This document shows positions 54,916-64,000 of a stretch of 64,000 nt of DNA, one piece after another. Origin of the DNA: an uncultured Candidatus Saccharibacteria bacterium. Lineage in GTDB: Bacteria; Patescibacteriota; Minisyncoccia; Phycocordibacterales; JACOZG01. Both the position numbers and the translations under genes were made by a program. The DNA lies in NCBI GenBank assembly GCA_965230925.1, contig OZ246403.1, forward strand, positions 646,541 to 710,540, read 5' to 3'. Each line of letters opens with the position of its first letter. Positions within the stretch are counted from its first letter, which is position 1. A model generated the notes under the pieces. The model ran no database searches and was not told where the DNA came from. It worked only from the letters and a program-made list of their open reading frames with translations.

Positions 54916-56730
54916 TTAGACCTCAATCAGAACCGGAAGGACAATTGGTCGGCTATGTGTTTTCTGAAACAAGAATTTCCCGATTTCTTCTCGAAGGACA
55001 TTGCGCACATAGTCCAGGTTAATGGGGTGCATGCGCGCCGTTGAGTCCTCGATCTTTTTCTTGGTCACAATGCGTACTTGGCGGAGCAGATCCTGCGCTT
55101 CTTTAAGATACACGAAGCCGCGCGAGATAATATCTGGCGATTTGATCACTTTGCCGGTCTGAATATTGATGATCGCAATGATCACGAAGATGCCTTCTTG
55201 AGCGAGCATCATCCGGTCGCGCACCACCACTTCTTTCACGTCGCTATTGCCGATGGAGTCCACCATAATCACTCGGCTGGCCGCTTTCTCCTTTAGCATC
55301 ACAATCTTTTCTCCGTTGTCTTGAATTTCAATCACTGAGCCATTGTCGGGAACAATAATGTTTTTCTCTGGCATACCGAGTTCCATGGCCACATCGGCGT
55401 GAACGCGCAGTTTCTGATGCCAACCGTGAATAGGAATAAAGAATTTTGGCTTCACCTTCTTGTGTAGCCACTCAATTTCGCCGCGATTACCGTGACCAGA
55501 GGAGTGAATAAACACTTCCGAGCTGCGGTAGTGAATAATCTTGGCGCCTTGGCGGGCAATATTGTCTTTAAGCTTTTGCACCGTGAGCTCATTGCCCGGC
55601 ACAATTGAGGAAGAGAGGAGAACGGTGTCGCCTTTCTTAAATTTGAGATATTTATGAGTCTTATTGGCCATGCGCATGAGGGCGGCAAATTCTTCGCCCT
55701 GAGCTCCAGTGGCGAGGATCACCAGGTTGTCTTCCGGGTATTTATCGGCTTCGGTAATGGGGATAATGGTATCTTTTTTCACCTTCAACAGACCAGCTTC
55801 GGCTGCCACTTCCACGTTTGTCTTCATGCTCCGGCCTTCGACAATAATTTTGCGGCCATATTTCTCTACCACCCCAATGATTTTAATCATTCGTTCAAGT
55901 TGAGAGGCGAAGGTGCCGATAAAGAGACGACCTTTGATGTTTTTGATAATCTCTTCAAGATTTTTATGAGTCTCTCGTTCGGGGATTGAGAAGCCGGGAT
56001 TCTCGATATTTGTCGAGTCGGTCATTAGGAGCAAGGTTTTTTCACGGTCGAAGACGCTGTATCGTTCCTCTTCTTCCGCCGTTGGATCACCGTCCACCTT
56101 TTCAAGATCAAGCTTGAAGTCGCCTGGATTTACGATGAGACCGTAAGGGGTTTCAATAAGAACGCCGAAAGAGTCGGGAATGGTGTGAGTGACGCCGAAG
56201 AAACGGACGGTTTGCTCGCCGAGTTTGAGCTTGGCATTATTTTCCACCACGATCATATTAAGAGCCGGCAAGTGGGGGAATTCCGCCATGCGCTTCTTAA
56301 TGAAAAGCGAGGTGAGGTTCCGAGTATAAAGCGGCGGATTGCCAATACGACTCATCACATAAGAAATACCGCCAGTGTGGTCAAGGTGACCGTGGGTAAT
56401 AATGACACCGCGGATTTTCTCTTTATTTTGCTCAAGATAAGTGACGTCGGGGATAATGTAATCTACTCCTGGCATTTCATCAGTTGGGAAGGCAAAACCA
56501 ATGTCGATGACAATAATGTCATTGCCAATTTCGATAGCGGTGCAGTTTTTGCCAATTTCTTCCACGCCGCCAAGCGGGATAATGCGGATATTGCCTGCCG
56601 CTAGTGGTGGAATGGGCTTACTTACCTCTTCCTCAGGTCGTCGAGGTAAGCGCGGGCGGTGACGAGGTGGTGGTCGACGATTACTTGAGGCAAATGGTCT
56701 CGGAGCTGAATTCGGTGTTGGGTTAATCAT
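54916..56730 (-). CDS. rnj: Ribonuclease J (beta-CASP MBL family)
   Basis: HGHLDHTG, beta-CASP motifs, about 600 aa with a Pro/Arg-rich N-terminal extension. Confidence 0.85.
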   Translation of the reverse strand: MINPTPNSAPRPFASSNRRPPPRHRPRLPRRPEEEVSKPIPPLAAGNIRIIPLGGVEEIGKNCTAIEIGNDIIVIDIGFAFPTDEMPGVDYIIPDVTYLEQNKEKIRGVIITHGHLDHTGGISYVMSRIGNPPLYTRNLTSLFIKKRMAEFPHLPALNMIVVENNAKLKLGEQTVRFFGVTHTIPDSFGVLIETPYGLIVNPGDFKLDLEKVDGDPTAEEEERYSVFDREKTLLLMTDSTNIENPGFSIPERETHKNLEEIIKNIKGRLFIGTFASQLERMIKIIGVVEKYGRKIIVEGRSMKTNVEVAAEAGLLKVKKDTIIPITEADKYPEDNLVILATGAQGEEFAALMRMANKTHKYLKFKKGDTVLLSSSIVPGNELTVQKLKDNIARQGAKIIHYRSSEVFIHSSGHGNRGEIEWLHKKVKPKFFIPIHGWHQKLRVHADVAMELGMPEKNIIVPDNGSVIEIQDNGEKIVMLKEKAASRVIMVDSIGNSDVKEVVVRDRMMLAQEGIFVIIAIINIQTGKVIKSPDIISRGFVYLKEAQDLLRQVRIVTKKKIEDSTARMHPINLDYVRNVLREEIGKFLFQKTHSRPIVLPVLIEV

Positions 56731-56742
56731 GTTTTTATTTTT

Positions 56743-58371
56743 TTAATTATTATTTTCTGTTGCAAACATCGGCCATACTTTCTCTGTCTCAATATACCAA
56801 TTGTGGATATTGGCAAAGCGTTCGCTTGGCACATTGAGTGTTGGCAATGACGCTCCTACCACCTTCTTTGGCAAGAGATAAAGAAAGTCGGGAGTGTAGA
56901 GAAAGATGGCTGGTTGTTCAGCCGTCACCAGATCCACAAACTTGGTATATAAAGCCAGGCGCTCGGTGCGGTCGATAGTGCCACGGGCTTCCTCGAGAAT
57001 TTTATCTGCTGTTGCATTGGTGTAGAGCGCAATATTTAAACCAGGGTCAAGTCTCTGAGAAGAATGCCAAAAAGCAAAAGGATCCGGTTCGCGGCCCACG
57101 ATTTCGCCAAAGAGTAAGGCTTCATATTCACGTGGGCGGATAACCTTTTCATTGAGATCTCCGGTCTCGAAGACCTTAATTTCTACCTGAGCACCAAGTT
57201 TTTCCCAATCAGCTTTCACGATTTCAGCCACTGCCTTGAGTTCTGGAATATCCGCGGTGGCGAGGGTAAAGGTTAGATCGGTTTGAGCCGGTAGTGTGGG
57301 GGTTGAAGTGCTGATTGACTTGGGAGCGAAGGCTTCTCCGGGAATGGGGGAAAAAAGTGGTTTGCCGAAGCCGGCGAGCACGTTGTCTACGAGGTATTTT
57401 CGATCAATAGCTCGACTCAAGGCTTGGCGAACCTCTTTCTTGGTAAATAAACTATTTTGATTGTGGTTGAAAAAGATTCCAAAAACGCGTGGCAAAGAGG
57501 AGCGTAGCAGGGTTGAATTATTTGATTCAAGCCCGGCAATAAAATTTGGATTTGCTGTTGAGAGGGACTCGGTTTCACCGCTCTCATATGATTCAATCAA
57601 CTTGTCTTCACTAGGATAGAAACGAATGGTGAGCCTCTTAATCTTTGGAGTACCGAGGGCAAAGCGAGTGAAAGCGGCGAGTTCGTAATACTCCTTAATT
57701 TTGTCGCCATCCTCTTTAATTTTTTTTACGACATATGGCCCGGATCCGATCGGTTCGATGTTAAGCGGACTGAAGGGGAAATTCTCGGCCGCCACTTCTG
57801 ACCAAAGATGCTTGGGAAGAATTCCAAGAGTTAAATTTTCTAAAAAGGCGGCATAGGGTTGCTTGAGGGTGAAAATAATGGTTTTTTCGTCCGGTGCAGA
57901 AACTTCTACTCCGTCCCAGTTGGGGAGGCGTGGACTTTTGATCACCGGATTTTTGATTTGAGTAATGGTGAAAGCGACGTCGTGCGCGGTGAGTGGCTTG
58001 CCGTCATGCCAGTGTAGGTTCTCTTTGAGAGTAATGGTGTAATTGAGATGATCCTCGCTGATAGTTAGGTTTTTTGCCAAATCTGGTTCCAATTCGCCCT
58101 TTGTTCCCAGGCGGAAAAGGCCAGAGTAAATAAGACTAGTAAGGTCACGGTCGGTATCAGAAATAGCGAGCACGGGGTTAATAAAGCGAGGGGAACCAAC
58201 AACTCCCTCAGTGAGACTGCCGCCAGTTTTTGGAATTTCTACTAAATACTGGGCGCTCCATTGCCAGCCAATACCGAGCAGGCTGAGACAGAAAACAACC
58301 ACCAAAAGAGAAAGTAGCGCTAATTGGCGGCCCGAAAAAGAGCCTAAAACCGAAGGAAGAGTTTTGTTCAC
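56743..58371 (-). CDS. ABC transporter substrate-binding protein, family 5 (peptide/nickel)
   Basis: Signal anchor plus an SBP_bac_5-like sequence of about 540 aa. Confidence 0.7.
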   Translation of the reverse strand: MNKTLPSVLGSFSGRQLALLSLLVVVFCLSLLGIGWQWSAQYLVEIPKTGGSLTEGVVGSPRFINPVLAISDTDRDLTSLIYSGLFRLGTKGELEPDLAKNLTISEDHLNYTITLKENLHWHDGKPLTAHDVAFTITQIKNPVIKSPRLPNWDGVEVSAPDEKTIIFTLKQPYAAFLENLTLGILPKHLWSEVAAENFPFSPLNIEPIGSGPYVVKKIKEDGDKIKEYYELAAFTRFALGTPKIKRLTIRFYPSEDKLIESYESGETESLSTANPNFIAGLESNNSTLLRSSLPRVFGIFFNHNQNSLFTKKEVRQALSRAIDRKYLVDNVLAGFGKPLFSPIPGEAFAPKSISTSTPTLPAQTDLTFTLATADIPELKAVAEIVKADWEKLGAQVEIKVFETGDLNEKVIRPREYEALLFGEIVGREPDPFAFWHSSQRLDPGLNIALYTNATADKILEEARGTIDRTERLALYTKFVDLVTAEQPAIFLYTPDFLYLLPKKVVGASLPTLNVPSERFANIHNWYIETEKVWPMFATENNN

Positions 58372-58413
58372 TGAACCTAAAAAAAGTTAATTACCTCGTT
58401 TACTAATGTAAGC

Positions 58414-58650
58414 CTAGACGTTGAGAAAAAGTTGCAGAATAGCCACAAGAAGGAATAAGACAGCCAAGACAACGCTGCCGAGAAAGAGTGTTTTCTCTAG
58501 TCCACGCTTGGTATGGAAGTTACTCGAAGGATTCGAGCCTCCGAAAGCGCTGCCAAGACCCGCCTCACTCTGTTGTAAGAGGATCGCGGTAATAAGCAGC
58601 AACGACAAAACTATTTGGATCCAGGGAAGAATTCCCTGCAGAAATAGCAT
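58414..58650 (-). CDS. secG: Preprotein translocase subunit SecG
   Basis: MLFLQGILPWIQIVLSLLLITAILLQQSEAGLGSAFGG; the track ORF's N-terminal extension was trimmed. Confidence 0.75.
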   Translation of the reverse strand: MLFLQGILPWIQIVLSLLLITAILLQQSEAGLGSAFGGSNPSSNFHTKRGLEKTLFLGSVVLAVLFLLVAILQLFLNV

Positions 58651-58722
58651 TGCCGAGCATTCTAGCAGAAAACTTTTCCCCAGGCAAGAAGACCACCCAG
58701 GGGCTATACTTATCTTAGTTAA

Positions 58723-60960
58723 ATGATTACAAAGTCCCACCCTCTCTTTTGGGGCAGTATTTTTTCCCTTTTTTCACTGTTATTTTTTGTTTCTAGTGTT
58801 TTTGCCGTGGTTAATCCGCCCGCTGGTTGCCCGGCAGTTTCCTTCGATAGTGATAAGAATTTTGTGGTTAACGGTGAAAAGTATTTCCCTTTTGGTTTCT
58901 GGGCTTTTTCCGGTGGCGCGGCTAGTGGCAATTGGAGCGGTTATTCTGGTTCTTTCAACGCCGTGGTTGATGGCCCCACCATTAGTAGTGAGGGCACTCT
59001 CACTAGTAATAATCTCAAACTTTTTGCTCAGGTCGATGGTGATGCCGGCCTTGCAGAAAGTCACGACGATAATGAGGGAATTATTGCCTGGGAAGTAATG
59101 CATGAGCCAAACAGCTTAGGACTTAGTGGCTCAGCGGTGGCGGCCCAAGCGAGCGCAATGCGCGCCGCCGATGATTGTGGCCGACTAATTTTCGTTACTC
59201 CGAGCTTGGGCGGTATTGCTGAAGGTTATGTTAATCAGGTGCGTAATGCGGTTGATTTTGCCGCCATTGAGACTGGTTATTTGGTGCCGCAATTACCGAT
59301 TGAGGAGGTGGGGGAACTTTTTAGCGAGGGTGCTGACGCGATGGCGGCCGTGGGCAAGCCGTCAATTTTCTTGGCGCGGGTAGGTGGTTATCAACCCGCT
59401 CGTTTCCGTGACACTTTCCGTGAGTCAACCGTGGCCGAGCTAAGAGCGCAAATTTTTGATGCCATTATTCGTGGAGCGAAAGGGGTTTTTCTCTGGCCAT
59501 TTGAGAAAGGGGTAATTTTGAGTGATCTCCAGCCTTTTGAGCCCGCTAATGCGATTTATGATATGGAAGATAGTTCTTCAGCTGGCCTCTATGGTGGGAT
59601 TAAAAATCTGGCTTCGGAGATTGCCGAACGGGAAGAAATTTTCACGGCGCCGGTATCAAGCGGTGTGGGGGTGTCTAGTAACAATTCTGACGTGAAGTGT
59701 GGTTGGCGGACACTTTCTGGAGAGCGACGGCGTTTAATTTGCGTTAATTTGTCTCAAGATCATTCACCGTATTTCGACTATGGTAGTGGCGAGACGGTTT
59801 GGCGGCTTAAAGCACGAGCGATTACGCCTGGAGCGGAATCTTTTCCCACGGACTATGCTAGTGGCAGTTTCATTGCACGAGACTTACTTCCCGGGACGGT
59901 GGCGGTTCAAGATTTGTCTACTGGTTTAACCAATCAAAACAAACTGATGACGACAGTGGAAATTGATTTTGACACTGTTCCAACTGGCGCCACCTTTACC
60001 TACGCTGTTTATGCAGACAACTCTCGTGATCAGGCGCCAGATACGAGAATCTTTCTTTCCAATGAACTGGCGATTAACGGCTCTGGACCACAAACCTTTC
60101 CGGTGGTTGGAGTAACTCTTGAGCACACCAAGAATTATTACTTGTTGATTCAAACCAATACAGCCGGAGTGCGGGTCAGGGCGCGAGACGTGCGAGGCGG
60201 CGTGCGACCTAAAGATGACTCTACTGCAGTGCCACTTGCCGAGAGCTTCGAAGATCTGCACGTGGGCGACAGTGCGAGCAATGTTCGCCTCACACTAAGT
60301 GGCGATGAGTTTAGTGCTTATTGTGTTGAGAAAAATTTTGGTAATTGCGCGAATGGAAGTGTGGCTGGCGGCGTACTCACAGATTCTTTCAGTGAATATG
60401 CCGTACATATTTATCACTTTGAGCCGGCAGAAGAAGAGTTGCTCGATACCACCGACACCACAGACCCTACGGTTCCTGATGAGCAATCGGATATTTTGCC
60501 ACCCAATTTACCCCCCGATGAACCACCACCCCTTTTGCCGCCGCCGACTGTTCCCACGACCCCTCTTAGCTCAACACCATGCGCGCCAAGCACCGGAACT
60601 GTGTTACCGGCCGTGGTTGGACCGCTCTCTTTGGGGATGAAAAACAATGCGCAGGTTAGTGCCCTTCAGCGTTTGCTTGCTACCGACCGCACCCTTTACC
60701 CTGAAGGAATTGTTTCTGGTTATTATGGTCCGCTCACTCGTGAGGCGGTGAAGCGTTTCCAGCTTCGTTACAGTTTGGTGAATCTTGCGACCACTGACCC
60801 GTCACTTATTGGCTTCGCTGGCCCCGCCACCCGCGCCAAGATGAATGAAGTTTTGCGCCAGACTAGTTCGGTTTGTTCTTTAGTCAACTTGCCCGAGCAA
60901 ACTCGCTTACAATTAATTCAACTTTTGCACCTTCTTGCTATAATGTTGAATTCTCGATGA
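58723..60960 (+). CDS. Secreted TIM-barrel glycoside-hydrolase-like protein with C-terminal peptidoglycan-binding (PG_binding_1) domain
   Basis: Signal peptide; IIAWEVMHEPN resembles the GH5-type xEP acid/base block; Pro-rich linker; C-terminal LQRLLATDRTLYPEGIVSGYYGPLTREAVKRFQ PGBD motif. Confidence 0.5.
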   Translation: MITKSHPLFWGSIFSLFSLLFFVSSVFAVVNPPAGCPAVSFDSDKNFVVNGEKYFPFGFWAFSGGAASGNWSGYSGSFNAVVDGPTISSEGTLTSNNLKLFAQVDGDAGLAESHDDNEGIIAWEVMHEPNSLGLSGSAVAAQASAMRAADDCGRLIFVTPSLGGIAEGYVNQVRNAVDFAAIETGYLVPQLPIEEVGELFSEGADAMAAVGKPSIFLARVGGYQPARFRDTFRESTVAELRAQIFDAIIRGAKGVFLWPFEKGVILSDLQPFEPANAIYDMEDSSSAGLYGGIKNLASEIAEREEIFTAPVSSGVGVSSNNSDVKCGWRTLSGERRRLICVNLSQDHSPYFDYGSGETVWRLKARAITPGAESFPTDYASGSFIARDLLPGTVAVQDLSTGLTNQNKLMTTVEIDFDTVPTGATFTYAVYADNSRDQAPDTRIFLSNELAINGSGPQTFPVVGVTLEHTKNYYLLIQTNTAGVRVRARDVRGGVRPKDDSTAVPLAESFEDLHVGDSASNVRLTLSGDEFSAYCVEKNFGNCANGSVAGGVLTDSFSEYAVHIYHFEPAEEELLDTTDTTDPTVPDEQSDILPPNLPPDEPPPLLPPPTVPTTPLSSTPCAPSTGTVLPAVVGPLSLGMKNNAQVSALQRLLATDRTLYPEGIVSGYYGPLTREAVKRFQLRYSLVNLATTDPSLIGFAGPATRAKMNEVLRQTSSVCSLVNLPEQTRLQLIQLLHLLAIMLNSR

Positions 60961-60970
60961 TGTTTTTTCT

Positions 60971-62512
60971 ATGGAAAGTAAAATAAAAATCAAGCTCACT
61001 ACTTTAGTTTTTGCTTGGATTTGTTTAACCTTTAGCATTTTTTACATTATCGGAGAGCAACTTTATGTTTTAGATAGTGGTTCGCAATTGTCACGAACAA
61101 GTCCCCAGATCCGTGAAATTTCTGAATTTCAAAGTCCAGAGCTTGAGCTGAAACTTGATTTTGACCAAGGAATTTCGGGAGACATAGAAAGATTTCCTCT
61201 TTTCAATTTACCGCCCGAGGCAAAAGATTCAAGCTACTTAGCTCAAAAAGAAAATACTCTTGTTTTTATCATGGAGGCCACTGATTCCGATGATGCGCAG
61301 CTAATTTTTTCGATTACCAACCCGCCTGATCATGGCAACCTTGGTGGCATTGAACCGTTTGGTAATAAGAAGGCGCGGATTACTTATACGCCGGCTCATG
61401 GATATAAAGGGGTTGACCGGTTTAATTTTCGGGTAACAGATGCGAGTGGAAACAGTGATACTGGAGTCATTTCTCTTCGTGTTTTGCCGGAACTTATTCC
61501 GTGGACAGAAATAAATGTCCCGGATTGGCCGGCGCTTGAGTTTTATACTGAAGAAGATGGTGTTGAGCCCGGGATGACGGTTCTCGATTTTGCTCTTGAA
61601 GCTTTGCCTGACTGGTCGACAGTGGCTAATCGGGTCATCCTTACTACCCGACACGAGTACGCGTACACTGATCTATATGAGGAAATAAATGAGCGCAAGC
61701 CGGCGGGCCTCAAGATTATTGGTGGGATCAAGACTCTTTCTGCTATGCCGCCACCATTACCTCCACTCGCTGGTGATACTCATCCGAGATATGATTTTGT
61801 TAATACTGTCGCATGGCAAGAAATTGCTTCTGCTGCCATTACGATTTCTGAACAAACAGGGAGCAAAGAAGTAGTTCTCGAAAACGAAGCAAACTTGCTT
61901 TTTTATAATTTTGATAACCAACCTATTGATTATGTTGCGTTTGCCCAGGCGCTTGCTCCGCTTGCGGCCGCAGCCAATAACTACGGGATTGAGTTTTGGT
62001 GGTGGTTGCCTCAGACTCTGCCCGATTTTTCCCCGAGTGACGGTTTCGACCAAACAGCGTGGACGGCCAGTCTTATGGAGGTGGTTAAAAATACGGTGCC
62101 AAATTCGAAGATTATTACGCTTAATGCTGCGCGTTATTGGTGGTATGAGCCTGATGAAGCGGCGCGAAGCCTTGTCATTTCTTCAATGGGACTTGATAAT
62201 GTAGTCGAAGATTTGTGGGTCGTTGATTGGGGGCCAGCTCCTAGTCCGGAAGAATGTGGTTGGAGTACACCACAGCCCGACGGCGCCTTTTGGTTCTGTT
62301 CCCGAATGTATTCTACAGGGGAAGCCTTGCAACAGCTCGAGAGTTATTTTCCTCGGTGGCCGGGCGATAACAACACCCGTCAAATTTTAGCGAAACGAGT
62401 TGCTATTTATCCTCAAGGTGGCCACGATTGGATAAAGATTGCTGAAGAATTTGCCAACACTTTGCCAACTGTGGGACTTGCTCTTGATGAGCTTATAAAC
62501 TATGACCCTTAA
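60971..62512 (+). CDS. Secreted protein with N-terminal cadherin-like/Ig-like domain and conserved WWWLP/ARYWW domain
   Basis: Signal anchor; IFSITNPPDHGNLGG...YTPAHGYKGVDRFNFRVTDASGNSD cadherin-like block; paralogous to the following gene. Confidence 0.55.
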   Translation: MESKIKIKLTTLVFAWICLTFSIFYIIGEQLYVLDSGSQLSRTSPQIREISEFQSPELELKLDFDQGISGDIERFPLFNLPPEAKDSSYLAQKENTLVFIMEATDSDDAQLIFSITNPPDHGNLGGIEPFGNKKARITYTPAHGYKGVDRFNFRVTDASGNSDTGVISLRVLPELIPWTEINVPDWPALEFYTEEDGVEPGMTVLDFALEALPDWSTVANRVILTTRHEYAYTDLYEEINERKPAGLKIIGGIKTLSAMPPPLPPLAGDTHPRYDFVNTVAWQEIASAAITISEQTGSKEVVLENEANLLFYNFDNQPIDYVAFAQALAPLAAAANNYGIEFWWWLPQTLPDFSPSDGFDQTAWTASLMEVVKNTVPNSKIITLNAARYWWYEPDEAARSLVISSMGLDNVVEDLWVVDWGPAPSPEECGWSTPQPDGAFWFCSRMYSTGEALQQLESYFPRWPGDNNTRQILAKRVAIYPQGGHDWIKIAEEFANTLPTVGLALDELINYDP

Positions 62513-64000
62513 AAGAGTTTTTATTTTATTTTTTTTGGCTCTTGCTGGAGCAATTTTCCTTTTCGGTTACTTTTTTTGGTCCGGAACTTTTTCCTTTAAT
62601 ACCTCATCCCAGCTTGCCGTACCTGGTGATGGTGGTAATGACTGGAGCGAAGGCACAAGTTTCTTGGTTCAAGAAAATCAGCAAATGCGACTTAGTATCA
62701 ACGCCCCGGGATCTAGTGGGGCGACCTTCACCGTGGTAACACCGCCGTCCCACGGCAGCTTGAGTCATTTTGTAGTGGGGCAAGGTGGTGGCACAGCTGA
62801 AGTTCTTTATACTCCGTCAAATGGTTTTCGCGGAGAAGATTCTTTTACTTTCAGAGCAGAGTCTGGTGGGCAACTTCTGGCTCCTATTACGGTGGAACTT
62901 ATGGTTTTACCCAAACTTGTTCCCTGGCTCGAAATTAATTTACCTGTAGAACAAGTATTATCCATTTGGCCCGATGCTCCCGGGGCGACTGCTAATATGG
63001 ACGAACTTGATTTCGGTATTCTTGGTCTTGATGATTGGTCAGAAGTTACCAATGAGGTGATCATTACCACGGCCCCTGGTATTTCCGAATACGTTTATCC
63101 CGAACTAATGAATCGAAAACCAAGCAATGTTCGCATTGTGGGTGGATTAAAAACCGTTAATATTCTTCCGGTCGTAGGACATGACAATAGCACCGGGAAC
63201 GATAGTTACGATTTTACCGATTTGGCCTCGTGGCAAGCGCTTGCCGCTGAAGCTAGAGAAATCGTAGAAGAAACAGGGACGAATATTGTCGTGTGGGAAA
63301 ATGAGACGGCGCTTTGGAATTACCACTTCGGCACCCACACCGTCGACTTTACTGAATTAGCCCAGGTGCTCACTGCCACCGTGAAGCCGCTTGACGATGA
63401 TGGAATCGTCACTTGGTGGTGGTTGCCAAACTTTTTTGCCGATATTCCTGCCCTTAATCCGGTGGCGCGTAACACAGAATTTGTAAACACAGTGAAGTCG
63501 GTATTACCCAAGGCCGTTTTCATGGTTCCTTACTCAGCTCGTTACTGGTGGAATGACGGTGATGAGGCCGAAAGAACGGAAATGACAAACTTAGTCGGTT
63601 TGTCGAAAATGATCGAAGCTCTTTGGATCTCGGAAAATGGTTTTATTGGTATTGGCCAAGTCTACACTCCAGCTCAAGCTATTGAGCAATTGCTTGGGAC
63701 AATGTTGCGCACTGGTGAAACAACACAGCCAAATTTTGTATTAACACCAGTCGTCGAACTTTATCCTCAAGGCAAAGAGTGGCTTGCTACAAGCGCAACA
63801 TTCAACAGTATTTTGCCTAATTTAGCTTCGGCTAATATTGCCGATTTTCCGCCGCCTAGTGAAGAAGATCCAGAGGAAGATGATCCACCGCCTAATACTG
63901 GAGGCGGCGGAGGTGGGGGTGGAGGCGGCGGTTCCAATAATTCTGGTGTTGGTGGTGATTCAGAACCCGATGTATTACCTCCGCCTCCGGCTCCAATTAT
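62502..64000 (+). CDS. Paralog of 60971..62512 (partial, runs off window end); not in ORF track
   Basis: ATG 62502 opens a frame with no stop up to 64000. Same architecture: MTLKRVFILFFLALAGAIFLF anchor, FTVVTPPSHGSLS...YTPSNGFRGEDSFTFRAESGG, WWWLP, ARYWW, YPQG; ends in a Pro/Gly-rich linker. Confidence 0.55.
   Translation, partial: MTLKRVFILFFLALAGAIFLFGYFFWSGTFSFNTSSQLAVPGDGGNDWSEGTSFLVQENQQMRLSINAPGSSGATFTVVTPPSHGSLSHFVVGQGGGTAEVLYTPSNGFRGEDSFTFRAESGGQLLAPITVELMVLPKLVPWLEINLPVEQVLSIWPDAPGATANMDELDFGILGLDDWSEVTNEVIITTAPGISEYVYPELMNRKPSNVRIVGGLKTVNILPVVGHDNSTGNDSYDFTDLASWQALAAEAREIVEETGTNIVVWENETALWNYHFGTHTVDFTELAQVLTATVKPLDDDGIVTWWWLPNFFADIPALNPVARNTEFVNTVKSVLPKAVFMVPYSARYWWNDGDEAERTEMTNLVGLSKMIEALWISENGFIGIGQVYTPAQAIEQLLGTMLRTGETTQPNFVLTPVVELYPQGKEWLATSATFNSILPNLASANIADFPPPSEEDPEEDDPPPNTGGGGGGGGGGGSNNSGVGGDSEPDVLPPPPAPI

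Noticed and set aside
60295-60647. ORFs 60299..60640 (+) and 60414..60647 (-) inside the GH/PGBD gene
   Set aside because: Alternative-frame and antisense products of the Pro-rich linker region (PPPLLPPP), of low complexity.
63890-63965. GGAGGCGGCGG repeats resembling a tandem repeat
   Set aside because: They are in-frame coding for a Gly-rich linker (GGGGGGGGGGSNNSGVGG) of the surface protein, not a CRISPR or satellite array.

Overview
This window is a gene-dense, mostly syntenic chromosomal segment at about 50% GC that looks like a small-genome, possibly CPR/Patescibacteria-like bacterium (inference). It carries housekeeping genes (gatC tail, gatA, a five-tRNA cluster, prfB, ftsEX, obg, typA, rluB-like, uppP, secG, rnj, pcm, a UvrD-type helicase-nuclease). 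Between them sit accessory blocks: a run of small hydrolases and 'resistance-like' enzymes (MBL, HExxH, histidine phosphatase, YdeN-like, SDR, SGNH, EEP, ANT(2'')/Lnu-like NTase, APH-like kinase), a VKOR-DsbA pair, an ECF-like sigma factor, a MacB-type ABC transporter with a separated orphan HlyD adaptor, and a cell-surface block (a 1608-aa thioester-less alpha-2-macroglobulin-like protein co-operonic with a secreted Memo1-like protein; a secreted TIM-barrel-like hydrolase with a peptidoglycan-binding domain; two tandem cadherin-like paralogs, the second truncated by the window end and absent from the ORF track). No rRNA, CRISPR array, transposase or integrase was recognised. The most interesting signals are: (1) a membrane-anchored protein with a HEPN-like RNxxxH motif translationally coupled to gatA; (2) a codon-atypical, self-terminated gene fusing an unknown N-domain to a dephospho-CoA-kinase-like domain with a degenerate Walker A motif; (3) a codon-atypical divergent NDK-like gene (TTG start) with a Zn-ribbon peptide and 2-hydroxyacid dehydrogenase, flanked by DoxX paralogs; (4) a secreted Memo1-like protein co-operonic with the A2M-like giant; (5) several unexplained structured intergenic regions, including a near-consensus promoter/terminator mini-unit; (6) prfB placed directly behind a tRNA with no room for the canonical frameshift leader. 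All calls rest on motif recognition by eye; no database search was possible.
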